A DNA stretch of 64,000 bases, taken from IMG/VR virus record IMGVR_UViG_3300032313_000840, positions 17,932-81,931 of that record; one strand, 5' to 3'. Origin of the DNA: a virus. Below, one piece after another: positions 53,585-64,000 of this stretch; position 1 is the stretch's first letter; each line of letters opens with the position of its first letter. The position numbers and the translations under genes are program-made. The notes beneath the pieces are model-generated. The model was not told the origin of the DNA. It did no database searches and was given only the letters and a program-made list of their open reading frames with translations.

Positions 53585-56500
53585 ATGGCATCTATTTTTT
53601 CAAATAATAATCAATCAGACTTTAAAGATACTCCACCTGCAATAAGATATGAGTCTAATCTTTATCAAGATAATTTACAAAAGTGTTCAGACATATATCC
53701 GCAAGAATGTTGCGATTGTATGTTTAAAAACGATACAACTAATGATTGTTATCAAAGATTTGGAATTGGTTGTGAGCAACTAGCAAAATCAAAATGTGTT
53801 GAGTGTGGTGGTGCTTGCTCAAATATTTGTGATCCAGATTACGGATCTGATTTGGTTCCTCCACCAAATCGTTCTTTGGCTACTTGCAATGAAATAATTG
53901 GTAATGATTGTGTTAATTATTTAAGAGATATAAATGTTATTCCTTCTGTAGGTTTAGGTTCAAGTAGTGAAATTATTGGTTCTCAATGTTCTCGTCTACT
54001 TTCATTATTATGTGGAAATAGTCCTTTTCAAACTTGTCGAGGAACACAGGGATTGTGTTCAAGACCTGATCTACTAGACAATACTCCTTGCAAAGATTTT
54101 TGTGATAGATGCCATCCCTGTCCTTCAGGTGGTTCAAATCCAGTAGGAGACCCAACCGAACAAATAGATAATCCTGGAGGTTCTTCAGGAGAAGATAATG
54201 GCAATAATAATGGATGTGCTGGACAACCATGTAACCCCCCAGATCCAAATGACTGTAGGCAATGTCTAGCTGGATTAGGAGTACCTAGATCAGAACCTCT
54301 TGATATAATGTATAGACATACTGCATGCCATTTTATATGGTATCCCCCAGAATATGCTTTTGGTGGAGATCCAAATGTCACGCAATGTCAGGGATTTCAA
54401 TCAAGCGGGCAAGGTGGCGGAAATTCACGTGTTTTATCATGCAATCCAGATGCTACTCCATTTGGTAACGGTTATGTTGGAGCTTCTCCAAGTTTAGAAT
54501 TATTTGATGTAAACTGTGATGCTGGTCCAAGTCATTATTACTGGCCTCTTAGACCTTGTAATTGTCGTAAATTTGCACATTTAAAAGGAGGATTGACAGA
54601 CACTATATTTAAGAGAGAAAATATTTCAACAAAACCATTTAGTTATGGTTATTTGCCTTTTATGAATCCTTTTGCAACACCAATGAATATAAGTGAAATT
54701 GGATGTTGTTGGTGTGCATCCCCGGATAAATTGCCTAGAGGAACTTCTGTAAATGACAGAATTCAGGCATCATCGTGGCCAAATGCTGCTCAAAAATATG
54801 GTGCAGGAAATTTCGGTGCTGCTGGTGCAGGATGTACGCCATACACACCGGGGGCAAATAATGATCCGGTATCATATAATTCAAAATATCAAAAATCTTG
54901 TTTTGCTTATGGCATATCACCCTATTTACAGCGCCTTGCACTATTGGGTGATCCAAATTATGGGTCATATAAATCGGGATTTGATATTTGGACTTTTGGT
55001 GGCATTGATCAAGCAAGAGATTTGGGGCCTTTATATTCTGTATATCAGTTTTTAAATAATAAACAACTAGGTGGAGTAAATGATTATACTATAAAATATA
55101 GAGAGATTACTGGTCAAAAATCAAGATTAAAAGATTCTTTAGTAGGATTTGTAACATTAGAACATCATTTTGAAGCTTGGGCGCATAGATCTGATGTAGG
55201 TGCTCTGCATCCAGATCTAGTACCCAATTTAAACCATGCAAATGTTTTAACAACTCCATTTGAACGTCCTTATTCTGGTTACATAACACCAGTTGGTGCT
55301 GCATCACAAGGAATTTCAGCTAAATTTAAATATCATCCAGAAGAAGCTTTAAGATGGTCTTTAATGAGAACTACACCAAGAAGATTTATGTATGTTGGTT
55401 CTCAAATACCATTATTTCATTTTGATTTATATACTTTTCAAGATTATTCTATAAATAATAATTATGTTGTTGGTGGTGAATATTTTGATTCGGCTAGATT
55501 TTTAAAAGCATATTACAATTATTTCTATAGTTTATCTGAAAATCCGTCGCAGAGTTCATCCAATGCGGTTACACCAATAAAAATTGGAGATACGGTTTTA
55601 ATTGATGATTATAACTATGTAATAGAATCATTAGAGGGAATGGTTGTTGCTGGAATACTTAGAATAAAAGATCATGCTATTGATATAGCGACTGAAACAA
55701 CTCAGATAATACAGTCAGCAAGTTATGATAATGATGGTGAACTTGTTTTAAATCCTTATGTATCAGCAGTTGTTGGTGGTGCATCTGGTTATATGGCTTT
55801 AGTAGAGTTTTTAGGAGTTGAACCCATCACTGGTTCAGTAACTCCAAAAATTATTAAACAAAAATTACTTCCAAATTTTAGTGGAACTGGCAGTGATCCT
55901 ACTAAAGATATGTTTATGTTTCCACGTAGAGCAACTTTGCCAGTATATCTTGAAGGAAACGAAGTAGCAGCATGGGGATGCAAAAATAATAGTTGCTCTG
56001 ATTTTAATTATAATCAAAGTGTTGTACCTGGGCGTCTGATACCGGGTGGATCTAATATTCCACCCAACGAACAGTGGTTAACAAAATCAATAGTAAGCGT
56101 ATATAGTGGGTTAAATACCAACTATTTTATAACATATAATGGAAAAATAGCAGCATCCGGGTATTCTTTAAATGGTTTAGAAGAAATACCATTTGATATT
56201 AGGGTACAAATTAATAATGAATCAGCAAATAGTAACACTGAACTTGGATTTGTTAAAAAATTAGGTGGCAAAGGTATAGATTTTGAAATTGCTCTAATCG
56301 AATATCCTGAATTTTATGATTATAATGAAGCTATTTCTCTTCCTCTTTGTGATAATTCCAATAGTGGTGATGGCGGAGTTGTCCCAATACCAGAGCGTGA
56401 TCCAAATGCTCCATTACCTCAATATAAATTAAAATCATGGGGTGATAATCACTGCGAATATGGTACATTTATTATTGGTAATAATGAACTTTTAAACAAA

Positions 56501-59092
56501 ACTCATGGATGGGCTGATGTTGCAAATGGCGGATTACATACTTCAGCGATAACATCATTTGGTAAATTATATACTGTAGGTGATAATGCATATAACCAAT
56601 TAAAATATGGCAATCAATCTGAAACTGTTTTTCTTGGAGCTCTATCAACACATGTTGCAAAGCCAGGATTTGTTTCTGATAATGAATTTGATGTTGCAAT
56701 TATTCCTAATAATGCTGATTCATTTACAGTAGAAATAAATGGTATAACCTATGTTAATTTAAACAGATGGTGTCAATATCCATCTACTCAAGAAGTTCCA
56801 CCAGCAGATAAAAGATGTCAATTACTTGATCCAGAAAATTTTGATGTTAATCTTCCTATTTTTACAAATATTGGTTCTGGTAATTATCACAATGTTGCTA
56901 TTCAAAGTGATAATCAAGTTAGAGTGTGGGGAAAATACTTATATTTAAATCCACTTGGAACACCATATGGTACTCCATATGATACTTTTGTTCCAGCTGA
57001 AGTTAAAGCATTGGCTGACAAATGGGATGTTTCATATTATGGGGCATCGGAATTGCCTTTTGGAGATTATAGTTACATCTCTAAAGGCGCTACATTAGCA
57101 TCTATACACAGTGAAAATGATAAATTCCTTTTTGCTGATGGTGGTCCAGATTATAGTATGGTTGCAAATAACAATACAGTATATGTCTGGGGTAGAACTG
57201 AAATGCTTCCATCTTGGAAGTCTACGGATACCGAATCAACTTTTGGTAGTTGGAGTAAATCATTTGACGGAGAAATTATAAAAATTACTGCTGGTGCAAA
57301 TGGATTTGCTGTTTTATATAAATTAAATAATGAAACTTCAAATGCTGGTTTTGGAAATAATAATTTTAGAGTAAATAAAACTTATATATGGACTCGTAAA
57401 GGACAAGAAACTCCACCCGATGGTGATCAATATGGTTTAATACCAACAGATGATGAAGATATAAGTGAATTTGGTTATAGTGATATAGCATTTGGCTATG
57501 GGCATGCAATAGCATTAAAATATTCTGATATTGTAGCCCCCACATGGGATTATAATGACTTTAAAGATCCAGAGGCAAAAAAGAATCAATTTTTAGCTGG
57601 ATCTTCAAATATTCCAAAATATTTTAAACGACAAGCATTTTTTAGAGCAGTTCCCGGAGCTTGGGATTTTTCAAAATGGTTATGGGGTGGATATTGTAGT
57701 TTTGCAGCAGAAGGATTCGAAGCAAATAACCCAGTATTGGCCAGAGATCTTTGTAGTGTATTGGGTGAACCAGATCCAACAGATGCAACAGGTTTAAGAA
57801 ATGACAACTATTCATATAGTGGTCATCCTGAATATTATTGGATGAGTCCATTATTAAGAAGATATCAAAACTTTGTTCCCAATCACAGTGTTCAACCAGA
57901 TCCATTGAACAATCTATGTTTAACTTATGCAGCATTTGGCAATCCTCTTACAAATCCAGATGTAGCAGGAATGAATTCAGGAGTAAACGGAGCAGCATCT
58001 TCATGTCCTGAAAAAGCAGACGTGTGTTGGCAGGCAACCGGATTACCTCAACAGAAAACAAGCACATATTGGGCACCGGAAAACCCGGACTGTGCCGGTC
58101 AATGTGATAATTCGTGCGATAGAAGTGCTTGTATTAGAAATTGTTGTCCTGTTGGAGTTCCTGTTATATCTGATACATGTACAGAGTGTATTGGTAGAAT
58201 AGGATTTAATTCTAGTAAAGATTACTTTATACAATCGTATAAAAATTTTAGTAGACAAAGGAACTGTTGTAGAGTAATTTATACAAATATAAGTTATGTT
58301 AATTATGCATCACGATTAACATATTTTGGGTGGGATAGTGCCTCTGCTACTTTTAAAATATTTTTTACAAAAGATCCATATAGATTTACTGATCTTATTC
58401 CAAGTAATGCCAATACTTCATATAAACTTGCTAATGGTTTAATATATCCTTATGTATATCTTGGTGGTGAAATATTAAGAAGATTATGGTCATCTTTTAG
58501 TAGTGCTATATATGGAGATGATGGAACTGGAAGAACATGTGAAAATAGTGGAGATATATGTTTATCAAGAACTCCAAAAGAAACAATTTTGGGTCCAGGT
58601 GGTTGGTTGTGGGCGACTACTAATAGTCCAGATGGAAGACCTTCGACAAACGAAGAAGGTAATTTTGTCAATAGCATATGGTCTTACCCTGTAGCCGCTC
58701 CATTAGTATCACCTTATGCTCTTTTAGGTGCATATACATATGGTGGTACATCAACAGGTGAAATAGTACCAAATGGATCTTCAATACCAACTGACATAAA
58801 AATATTTAATCCAGATAATCCAGACGCTTATGCGCCTATATACGGATCTCCAACCTCAACAAAATGGCATAAAATAAATGTAACTAGGCCAAATATTTAC
58901 TCTGGCGGTGATAATGAATTAACAACTTTTGATCCAATAGCATTTATAGGTGGTGTGGAAGAAGGAGATATAACAGGAACCGCAAATATTGTTTATTATG
59001 AACGTTATGAAACAGATTCATCTGGTAATAGAATAAGATTAATAGATATAAAATCAGGTAATATAAATTGTCAAGACATTACCGACGGATAA
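53585..59092 (+). CDS. very large Cys-rich protein with RCC1-like repeats (putative fibre/receptor-binding protein)
   Basis: 1835 aa; GGLHTSAI..GKLY..GDN.Y.QL, SGNYHNVAI..D..V.VWG, GPDYSM...VYVWG. Confidence 0.75.
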   Translation: MASIFSNNNQSDFKDTPPAIRYESNLYQDNLQKCSDIYPQECCDCMFKNDTTNDCYQRFGIGCEQLAKSKCVECGGACSNICDPDYGSDLVPPPNRSLATCNEIIGNDCVNYLRDINVIPSVGLGSSSEIIGSQCSRLLSLLCGNSPFQTCRGTQGLCSRPDLLDNTPCKDFCDRCHPCPSGGSNPVGDPTEQIDNPGGSSGEDNGNNNGCAGQPCNPPDPNDCRQCLAGLGVPRSEPLDIMYRHTACHFIWYPPEYAFGGDPNVTQCQGFQSSGQGGGNSRVLSCNPDATPFGNGYVGASPSLELFDVNCDAGPSHYYWPLRPCNCRKFAHLKGGLTDTIFKRENISTKPFSYGYLPFMNPFATPMNISEIGCCWCASPDKLPRGTSVNDRIQASSWPNAAQKYGAGNFGAAGAGCTPYTPGANNDPVSYNSKYQKSCFAYGISPYLQRLALLGDPNYGSYKSGFDIWTFGGIDQARDLGPLYSVYQFLNNKQLGGVNDYTIKYREITGQKSRLKDSLVGFVTLEHHFEAWAHRSDVGALHPDLVPNLNHANVLTTPFERPYSGYITPVGAASQGISAKFKYHPEEALRWSLMRTTPRRFMYVGSQIPLFHFDLYTFQDYSINNNYVVGGEYFDSARFLKAYYNYFYSLSENPSQSSSNAVTPIKIGDTVLIDDYNYVIESLEGMVVAGILRIKDHAIDIATETTQIIQSASYDNDGELVLNPYVSAVVGGASGYMALVEFLGVEPITGSVTPKIIKQKLLPNFSGTGSDPTKDMFMFPRRATLPVYLEGNEVAAWGCKNNSCSDFNYNQSVVPGRLIPGGSNIPPNEQWLTKSIVSVYSGLNTNYFITYNGKIAASGYSLNGLEEIPFDIRVQINNESANSNTELGFVKKLGGKGIDFEIALIEYPEFYDYNEAISLPLCDNSNSGDGGVVPIPERDPNAPLPQYKLKSWGDNHCEYGTFIIGNNELLNKTHGWADVANGGLHTSAITSFGKLYTVGDNAYNQLKYGNQSETVFLGALSTHVAKPGFVSDNEFDVAIIPNNADSFTVEINGITYVNLNRWCQYPSTQEVPPADKRCQLLDPENFDVNLPIFTNIGSGNYHNVAIQSDNQVRVWGKYLYLNPLGTPYGTPYDTFVPAEVKALADKWDVSYYGASELPFGDYSYISKGATLASIHSENDKFLFADGGPDYSMVANNNTVYVWGRTEMLPSWKSTDTESTFGSWSKSFDGEIIKITAGANGFAVLYKLNNETSNAGFGNNNFRVNKTYIWTRKGQETPPDGDQYGLIPTDDEDISEFGYSDIAFGYGHAIALKYSDIVAPTWDYNDFKDPEAKKNQFLAGSSNIPKYFKRQAFFRAVPGAWDFSKWLWGGYCSFAAEGFEANNPVLARDLCSVLGEPDPTDATGLRNDNYSYSGHPEYYWMSPLLRRYQNFVPNHSVQPDPLNNLCLTYAAFGNPLTNPDVAGMNSGVNGAASSCPEKADVCWQATGLPQQKTSTYWAPENPDCAGQCDNSCDRSACIRNCCPVGVPVISDTCTECIGRIGFNSSKDYFIQSYKNFSRQRNCCRVIYTNISYVNYASRLTYFGWDSASATFKIFFTKDPYRFTDLIPSNANTSYKLANGLIYPYVYLGGEILRRLWSSFSSAIYGDDGTGRTCENSGDICLSRTPKETILGPGGWLWATTNSPDGRPSTNEEGNFVNSIWSYPVAAPLVSPYALLGAYTYGGTSTGEIVPNGSSIPTDIKIFNPDNPDAYAPIYGSPTSTKWHKINVTRPNIYSGGDNELTTFDPIAFIGGVEEGDITGTANIVYYERYETDSSGNRIRLIDIKSGNINCQDITDG

Positions 59093-59119
59093 AGATATAA
59101 ATAAAAATGGAGTGTATAT

Positions 59120-59608
59120 ATGTTTATTGATAGATTTACTTTTAATAATAATGTAACTGAAGATGGAAGAGGCTCCACGGTAGCAATACCAAATTATGAA
59201 AATCCAAAAGATAAAATGTATCCAAATTTTATCTTTAAAAAACGGTTATCATATGAATTTAAAATTGAAAAAATGTTTGGTATTGTAAAGAAGTATGTTG
59301 GATTTGGTGATATAATTGAATATATAACCAAACATACTGGAATAAAATACCTTATTGTTAAAATAACAAAAGGCAATTGTGGTTGTGAAAAAAGAAGAAA
59401 ACGTTTTAATGTCTTGCTACAAATACCTTATTTTTCTTTTTATTATAAAGATACGACTATTTTAGATGTTGACAATTCAATAAAACATGTTAAGATGTTT
59501 ACATCAAACACCCCGCCAATGGATGAAGATATGCAAAAAGAAATTCTTTCCAAAAGAAAACCATGTGGGTGTGGTGCTAAAATGACACGACCTGTGGAGA
59601 CAAAGTGA
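59120..59608 (+). CDS. G(L/F)GD..CGCxKR family protein
   Basis: GFGDIIEYITKHTGIK...CGCEKRRKRFN. Confidence 0.7.
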   Translation: MFIDRFTFNNNVTEDGRGSTVAIPNYENPKDKMYPNFIFKKRLSYEFKIEKMFGIVKKYVGFGDIIEYITKHTGIKYLIVKITKGNCGCEKRRKRFNVLLQIPYFSFYYKDTTILDVDNSIKHVKMFTSNTPPMDEDMQKEILSKRKPCGCGAKMTRPVETK

Positions 59609-59877
59609 AAATTAAATTTATAAAAATATCGCAAAGTGAAGAGATAATTGCCGAGTGCACAGATAAAAACAACGGTGTCTTTATCAAAGACGCTGCTGTC
59701 ATTGTATCTTTAGAATTGGGAAAAATTAATCTTGTAACTTGGTTACCGTATACAAAAGTACAAGATGGTTTTTTCCTTCCAGAAAAAGCCTACCTGTTCA
59801 TAGCAGATGTACAAGATGACATGGCTGAGTATTACAATAAATGGCGTAATGAACATTTTGCACTAAATAAAAATTAA
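59605..59877 (+). CDS. paralog of 49386-49694
   Basis: IKFIKISQSEEIIA...L..WLPY. Confidence 0.65.
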   Translation: MKIKFIKISQSEEIIAECTDKNNGVFIKDAAVIVSLELGKINLVTWLPYTKVQDGFFLPEKAYLFIADVQDDMAEYYNKWRNEHFALNKN

Positions 59878-61184
59878 GCAATATTTATTCTAAGAACATT
59901 TGTTGTGTTCTTTTTAATTTGCATGAATATGGTCTTTGAAGAATATGCTCTATCTACCATATAGATAAAGGATGCTCCTTCATATCCAGGTTCACCTAAA
60001 AGGTAATAATTTTCAATTAAAGGTTGAGTGCAGTTACTGTCTAAAAATACATTTATTACAGCACTTTTATTTTCCGCATCTGAAAGATCAATTTTAATTG
60101 GAGCAACTGCAGTATTACTGTTGATTGATAGTGTCTCTGTTTCAATATTATCAATATAAATCAAATCATTATATTGGTTGGTTCCAAGAAACTCTGAAAT
60201 ATTAAAACCATCAGTATTAAAAGAAATAAAATACGAAGTTTTAATTTTTAATATAAAGACATTTGAATAAGAAATAGAAATATTTTTATAATCTACAATA
60301 CTTTCTGTATTGGCATTGATTGTCTTTAATGTGCTATTGGGATAATAGTAATATACATTTGCAGTATCTAGTTGTTGTCTCAATGCATGTTGTAAAATAT
60401 TTTGGTTTTCCAATAACATTGAAACAATACCAGAAGTTGCTCCAGCAATTTTAATTACACCATTTTGCAATGGATTTGTAGCCAACACAGCTAGCGAAGG
60501 AAGACCTCGGTGCAATATATCAACTTGAGATTTATTAAAAAATCTATTTTCATTGGTTACTGGATTTGTAAGATAAATTACTTCTGTATTATCATTTAAC
60601 TTTACATAATTTTTTATTTTAAGTCTTCCAGAGTTTAATGTACTACCAATAACTTCTACATATTCTTCAAATCCATAATCGGATCCATATACACCAAAGA
60701 AATCAAAATTTAATGGACTGCTTCTAGGTGTATTTGATATTAAAATATTAGCAGTATTACCTGTTGTTGCAGTAAACTGTATAGGATTCGTAAAATTTTT
60801 ACTTACGTAATACCCACCAGTAAGAGCTGCAGTGCCCGTAACACCAGAGCATGAGATATATTGTTTAAAAGTTCCAGATATACCTTGTAATTGTAACGTA
60901 CCATTCCAATTTATACTAGAAGAGGTAGCATCGTTATAATATACTCCACTAGAAAAATTAAAAGTGCTTCCAGTTGTAAGCCCATTGAAAAATTTATTTA
61001 AAAACTTTAAATCATTTCCAGTTTTTACTTCAGAATAATCAAAGAACAACGAGTTACCAGTAACAAAAATATTAGCAGAACCATTTAGATTTCCTTTTGT
61101 AAAACAAGGATCTGCCGTATTACCAACAAATTGTGTTGTGTATGAATACGATGTTTTTGCTATATTTAACGAAAATAAAGACAT
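59874..61184 (-). CDS. putative structural protein
   Basis: 436 aa S/T/N/G-rich. Confidence 0.65.
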   Translation of the reverse strand: MSLFSLNIAKTSYSYTTQFVGNTADPCFTKGNLNGSANIFVTGNSLFFDYSEVKTGNDLKFLNKFFNGLTTGSTFNFSSGVYYNDATSSSINWNGTLQLQGISGTFKQYISCSGVTGTAALTGGYYVSKNFTNPIQFTATTGNTANILISNTPRSSPLNFDFFGVYGSDYGFEEYVEVIGSTLNSGRLKIKNYVKLNDNTEVIYLTNPVTNENRFFNKSQVDILHRGLPSLAVLATNPLQNGVIKIAGATSGIVSMLLENQNILQHALRQQLDTANVYYYYPNSTLKTINANTESIVDYKNISISYSNVFILKIKTSYFISFNTDGFNISEFLGTNQYNDLIYIDNIETETLSINSNTAVAPIKIDLSDAENKSAVINVFLDSNCTQPLIENYYLLGEPGYEGASFIYMVDRAYSSKTIFMQIKKNTTNVLRINIA

Positions 61185-61185
61185 G

Positions 61186-62133
61186 TTAGGTCGCTAGGTA
61201 ACTAATAATTTGAGCACCTGATTTTGCTCTGTGGGCCAAAAGACTAGAATTTATTATATTGATGAATAAAGATTCTCCGGGATCTAGTTCGTATCCAAGA
61301 GAAGTAACAGATGCAGATGTGTCTGTAGTGATGTAAATTACATCTGTATTTGTGGATGCAGCTTTTACATTTATTCCGCTCATGCAAGTAAATCCTATAA
61401 ATGGTACTGCAGTTGTTGTGCTTGTCAATCTATAAGCAGTTCCACCAGTTGGACGAATTACAGCAAATCCACCAAGGTCAGTTCTTAGACCAACAATTTG
61501 ACCATAGATGGCAGTCATACCACTTAGAATATTTGTATCATTAATTCCAACAGTGTTGCCTACGTTAACTCCTACAGCAGTAGCACCGGAAAGACCCACT
61601 ACAGTAACGGTAGAAGGAATGGTAGCATTGATTGTTGCACCAGCAACGTTAACGTTTAGTGCACCATTGGTGTAACTTAAAGTTTTTCCGGCTTGATCTA
61701 CTAGATTTACATAGATGTATGTGAGACCATTTGGGCCCCATACAGAAACCGAATCTGTAGATTTTCCTAGATAACGACCGCCAGTGACTTCTACTTGTGA
61801 TCCTGTAAAAGTTCTGACAAATAATGGAGATGAAGTTAGGCCAGTTGTGACTACTGAGCCAGATACCACCACTGCAGCACCACCTACACCACGTACATCA
61901 ATGGTTCCGGTGAATCCAGAAATAGTGGCAGTCATTCCAGTAGCAATTGTTACTGGAAGTGGATTTGCAGAATTTACAACAGTAGCAGATCCATCGACAC
62001 CATACCCAAGTTTAATGAGTTGGTAGTGACCTGTAATACCGCCTGTACCGACATAATCGGTCGCAATATATGCGGTTATACCTGCTGTTTGAATTGGAAT
62101 CGCATCTGATGTTACGCCTGTTCCTGATGGCAT
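61186..62133 (-). CDS. putative virion fibre/decoration protein
   Basis: G/T/V-rich; HYQ.IKL..G.DG....NPLPV, GYEL.PGES.FI; CTAAATA upstream. Confidence 0.7.
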   Translation of the reverse strand: MPSGTGVTSDAIPIQTAGITAYIATDYVGTGGITGHYQLIKLGYGVDGSATVVNSANPLPVTIATGMTATISGFTGTIDVRGVGGAAVVVSGSVVTTGLTSSPLFVRTFTGSQVEVTGGRYLGKSTDSVSVWGPNGLTYIYVNLVDQAGKTLSYTNGALNVNVAGATINATIPSTVTVVGLSGATAVGVNVGNTVGINDTNILSGMTAIYGQIVGLRTDLGGFAVIRPTGGTAYRLTSTTTAVPFIGFTCMSGINVKAASTNTDVIYITTDTSASVTSLGYELDPGESLFINIINSSLLAHRAKSGAQIISYLAT

Positions 62134-62216
62134 GGATTAGACCTCGTTAATTAGTTCATGAATATTTAGATGTATTTAATTATTGATTATTGAGATATAA
62201 CGTATATAATAAAACC

Positions 62217-62450
62217 ATGTATATAGATGAAGCAGCAAAAGAAAAATTTTCAAATAAAGTTTTAGATAGAGTAAAATCTACAAAACTTAGTTTTATGGAT
62301 TGTATACTTGAATTATCTGAAGAAATGAATATTGACCCAAGTACGGCTGGTAAACTTATTACCAGACCAATAATTGAAAAAATTCAAATTGAAGCCAGAG
62401 ACCGCCATTTACTAAAGAATGGCAAAACCAAGAAACTCCCAATTGACTAA
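62217..62450 (+). CDS. gp33: gp33 late-transcription coactivator
   Basis: FS..V..V....SFMDCI...EE.NIDP....KLI...EKI..EA...LK..KLPI; adjacent to gp32. Confidence 0.8.
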   Translation: MYIDEAAKEKFSNKVLDRVKSTKLSFMDCILELSEEMNIDPSTAGKLITRPIIEKIQIEARDRHLLKNGKTKKLPID

Positions 62451-62509
62451 CCATCTAGTTGGGCTATAATTAGAATAGAAAGGCCGAGGTAGGTCCTCGG
62501 GAAAATACT

Positions 62510-63367
62510 ATGTCAAACTTTGCAGATTTTAAGAAGAAGAGTAAGAACTCAGTCGCATCTCTAACCGAGCGTATGGATAAGCTCACCTCCAAGGAGAGTT
62601 ACAAGGACGAACGTCTTTGGAAGCCCGGTATCGATAAGTCCGGTAACGGATACGCTGTAATCCGTTTCCTGCCTGAAATTCAGGGCGAAGATACCCCCTT
62701 CGTATCAATGTACAGCCATGCCTTCAAGGGTAAGGGTGGTTGGCTTTTTGAAAATTGCCCAACTACAATTGGTGAGAAGTGCCCCATTTGTCAGTCTAAT
62801 ACTGAACTCTGGAACAGTGGTATTGAAGATGACAAGAACATTGCACGGAATCGTAAGCGTAAGTTGGCTTACATCTCTAATATTCTTGTCATTGAAGATC
62901 CTGCCAATCCAGAGAACAAGGGAAAGGTTTTCCTTTACCAGTATGGCACAAAGATCTTTCAGAAGATTCAGAGCCTCGCTCACCCCGAGTATCAGGATGA
63001 GGTTGCAGTTGACCCATTCAACTTCTGGACTGGTGCAGACTTCAAGATCAAGATTCGTAATGTCGGAGGTTACGTTAACTATGATCGGTCAGAATTTGCA
63101 TCTCCTGCCCCGCTTCTTGGTGGAGATGACAAGAAGCTAGAGGAACTTTGGAAGAAGCAGTATCCTCTGAAGCCATTTGTTGATAAGAGCCAGTTCAAGA
63201 GTTACACAGAACTCACTGAACGATACAAGAAGGCTGTTGGCGATGATGTTCGTGCTCAGTTTACTGAAAACAAGAGCATTGAGGATGATGTGACAGACAC
63301 AGTGGTGTCTGAAGACATTGAGGAAAAGGATCCTCTAAAGTACTTCTCTGAGATGGAGAACGATTGA
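62510..63367 (+). CDS. gp32: gp32 single-stranded DNA-binding protein
   Basis: DERLWKP..DKSGNGYAVIRFLP, ENCPTT.G.KCP.C, LWNSG, RKRKL.Y, G.DFK.KIR, NYD.SEF. Confidence 0.96.
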   Translation: MSNFADFKKKSKNSVASLTERMDKLTSKESYKDERLWKPGIDKSGNGYAVIRFLPEIQGEDTPFVSMYSHAFKGKGGWLFENCPTTIGEKCPICQSNTELWNSGIEDDKNIARNRKRKLAYISNILVIEDPANPENKGKVFLYQYGTKIFQKIQSLAHPEYQDEVAVDPFNFWTGADFKIKIRNVGGYVNYDRSEFASPAPLLGGDDKKLEELWKKQYPLKPFVDKSQFKSYTELTERYKKAVGDDVRAQFTENKSIEDDVTDTVVSEDIEEKDPLKYFSEMEND

Positions 63368-63368
63368 G

Positions 63369-63396
63369 AAAAGCCCCCCGCAAGGGGGCTTTTTTT
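63369..63396. terminator. intrinsic terminator after gp32
   Basis: AAAAGCCCCC-CGCAA-GGGGGCTTTTTT. Confidence 0.8.
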
Positions 63397-63841
63397 ATGC
63401 CCAATTCGGGGCGGATGACGTTTTAGTTGCTCTATCTAAAAATATTAAATTTGTTGGAGCGATTGTAGGTCTTTCTACCAAATCAGTATTTTGATTCTTA
63501 GTAGATACATTCATGTCATTTACTTGTTGTGCAATCTTCTGAAGAGATGGCATAATATTATCTTTAATTTGTTTTTCAATATTTGAAGTTTTAGAATTAT
63601 CCATGAAACCAGTATTAGCCTGCATTGGAATTATTCTGGATTGATTTGGTGCAGCAATAACTGGAGAAACATTTATACTGGTATCCATAGACATCATGGA
63701 CAAATTTTGAGTACTAAAAGGAGAAGGAGTAACTGAATATGATGGTTCTGTTATTTCTAGTTTTTGCTCAGATCTTCCTATGGCATCACTAAATACAGTT
63801 TTTTCTGCTTCAATGTTTATTTTTGCTTCATTATTATCCAA
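63395..63841 (-). CDS. hypothetical protein downstream of gp51
   Basis: 148 aa ORF overlapping the gp51 stop. Confidence 0.55.
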   Translation of the reverse strand: MDNNEAKINIEAEKTVFSDAIGRSEQKLEITEPSYSVTPSPFSTQNLSMMSMDTSINVSPVIAAPNQSRIIPMQANTGFMDNSKTSNIEKQIKDNIMPSLQKIAQQVNDMNVSTKNQNTDLVERPTIAPTNLIFLDRATKTSSAPNWA

Positions 63842-64000
63842 AGTGTTGTCCTGCTGTTTGGTTATGTAATTGTTTCTGTTCTTGTTCTAAATTGTAATTT
63901 ACCAAAATGTTAATATACACTTCTCTCTCCCAAAAATACATATTTTCGATATCTTGAACACTCCATTTTAGTTCTTTCATCAAAGAGAAGTTAGTTTGAT
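63834..64000 (-). CDS. gp51: gp51-like baseplate hub assembly protein (5' truncated)
   Basis: QTNFSLMKELKWSVQDIENMYFWEREVYINIL. Confidence 0.8.
   Translation of the reverse strand, partial: QTNFSLMKELKWSVQDIENMYFWEREVYINILVNYNLEQEQKQLHNQTAGQHFG

Noticed and set aside
62482-62500. Hairpin upstream of gp32 as a T4-style autoregulatory pseudoknot
   Set aside because: Only a simple CCGAGG/CCTCGG hairpin is evident; second stem not convincing
1-64000. Stop-codon reassignment
   Set aside because: Conserved genes (gp32, GuaC, MoxR) are full-length in the standard code and no suppressor tRNA was seen

Overview
64 kb segment of a large lytic T4-like (myovirus-type) phage genome. It carries gp32 SSB, gp33, partial gp51, a GroES/gp31-like chaperonin, CobS/MoxR plus VWA, T4-type late promoters (TAAATA), 8 tRNAs and a circularly permuted two-piece tmRNA. 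AT-rich flanks encode late/virion proteins, many with T4 capsid-targeting-like N-termini, and auxiliary enzymes (GMP reductase, LpxH-like, SpoU, cytidylyltransferase, DenV-like, deaminase, ferritin-like). A sharply bounded GC-rich island (about 27.1-40.5 kb) looks like an early host-takeover region. It has (i) many sigma70 promoters with the ATG 6 nt after the -10 box (leaderless), diverging from a perfect 33-bp inverted repeat; (ii) six copies of a conserved nested inverted-repeat module with a sequence-variable but covarying hairpin; (iii) several tRNA-like or pseudoknotted RNAs; (iv) low-complexity repeat-rich borders. A VPAPG-type PEP-CTERM protein tentatively points to a Planctomycetota (Phycisphaerae) host. 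All family calls come from recognising motifs by eye; no database searches were run.
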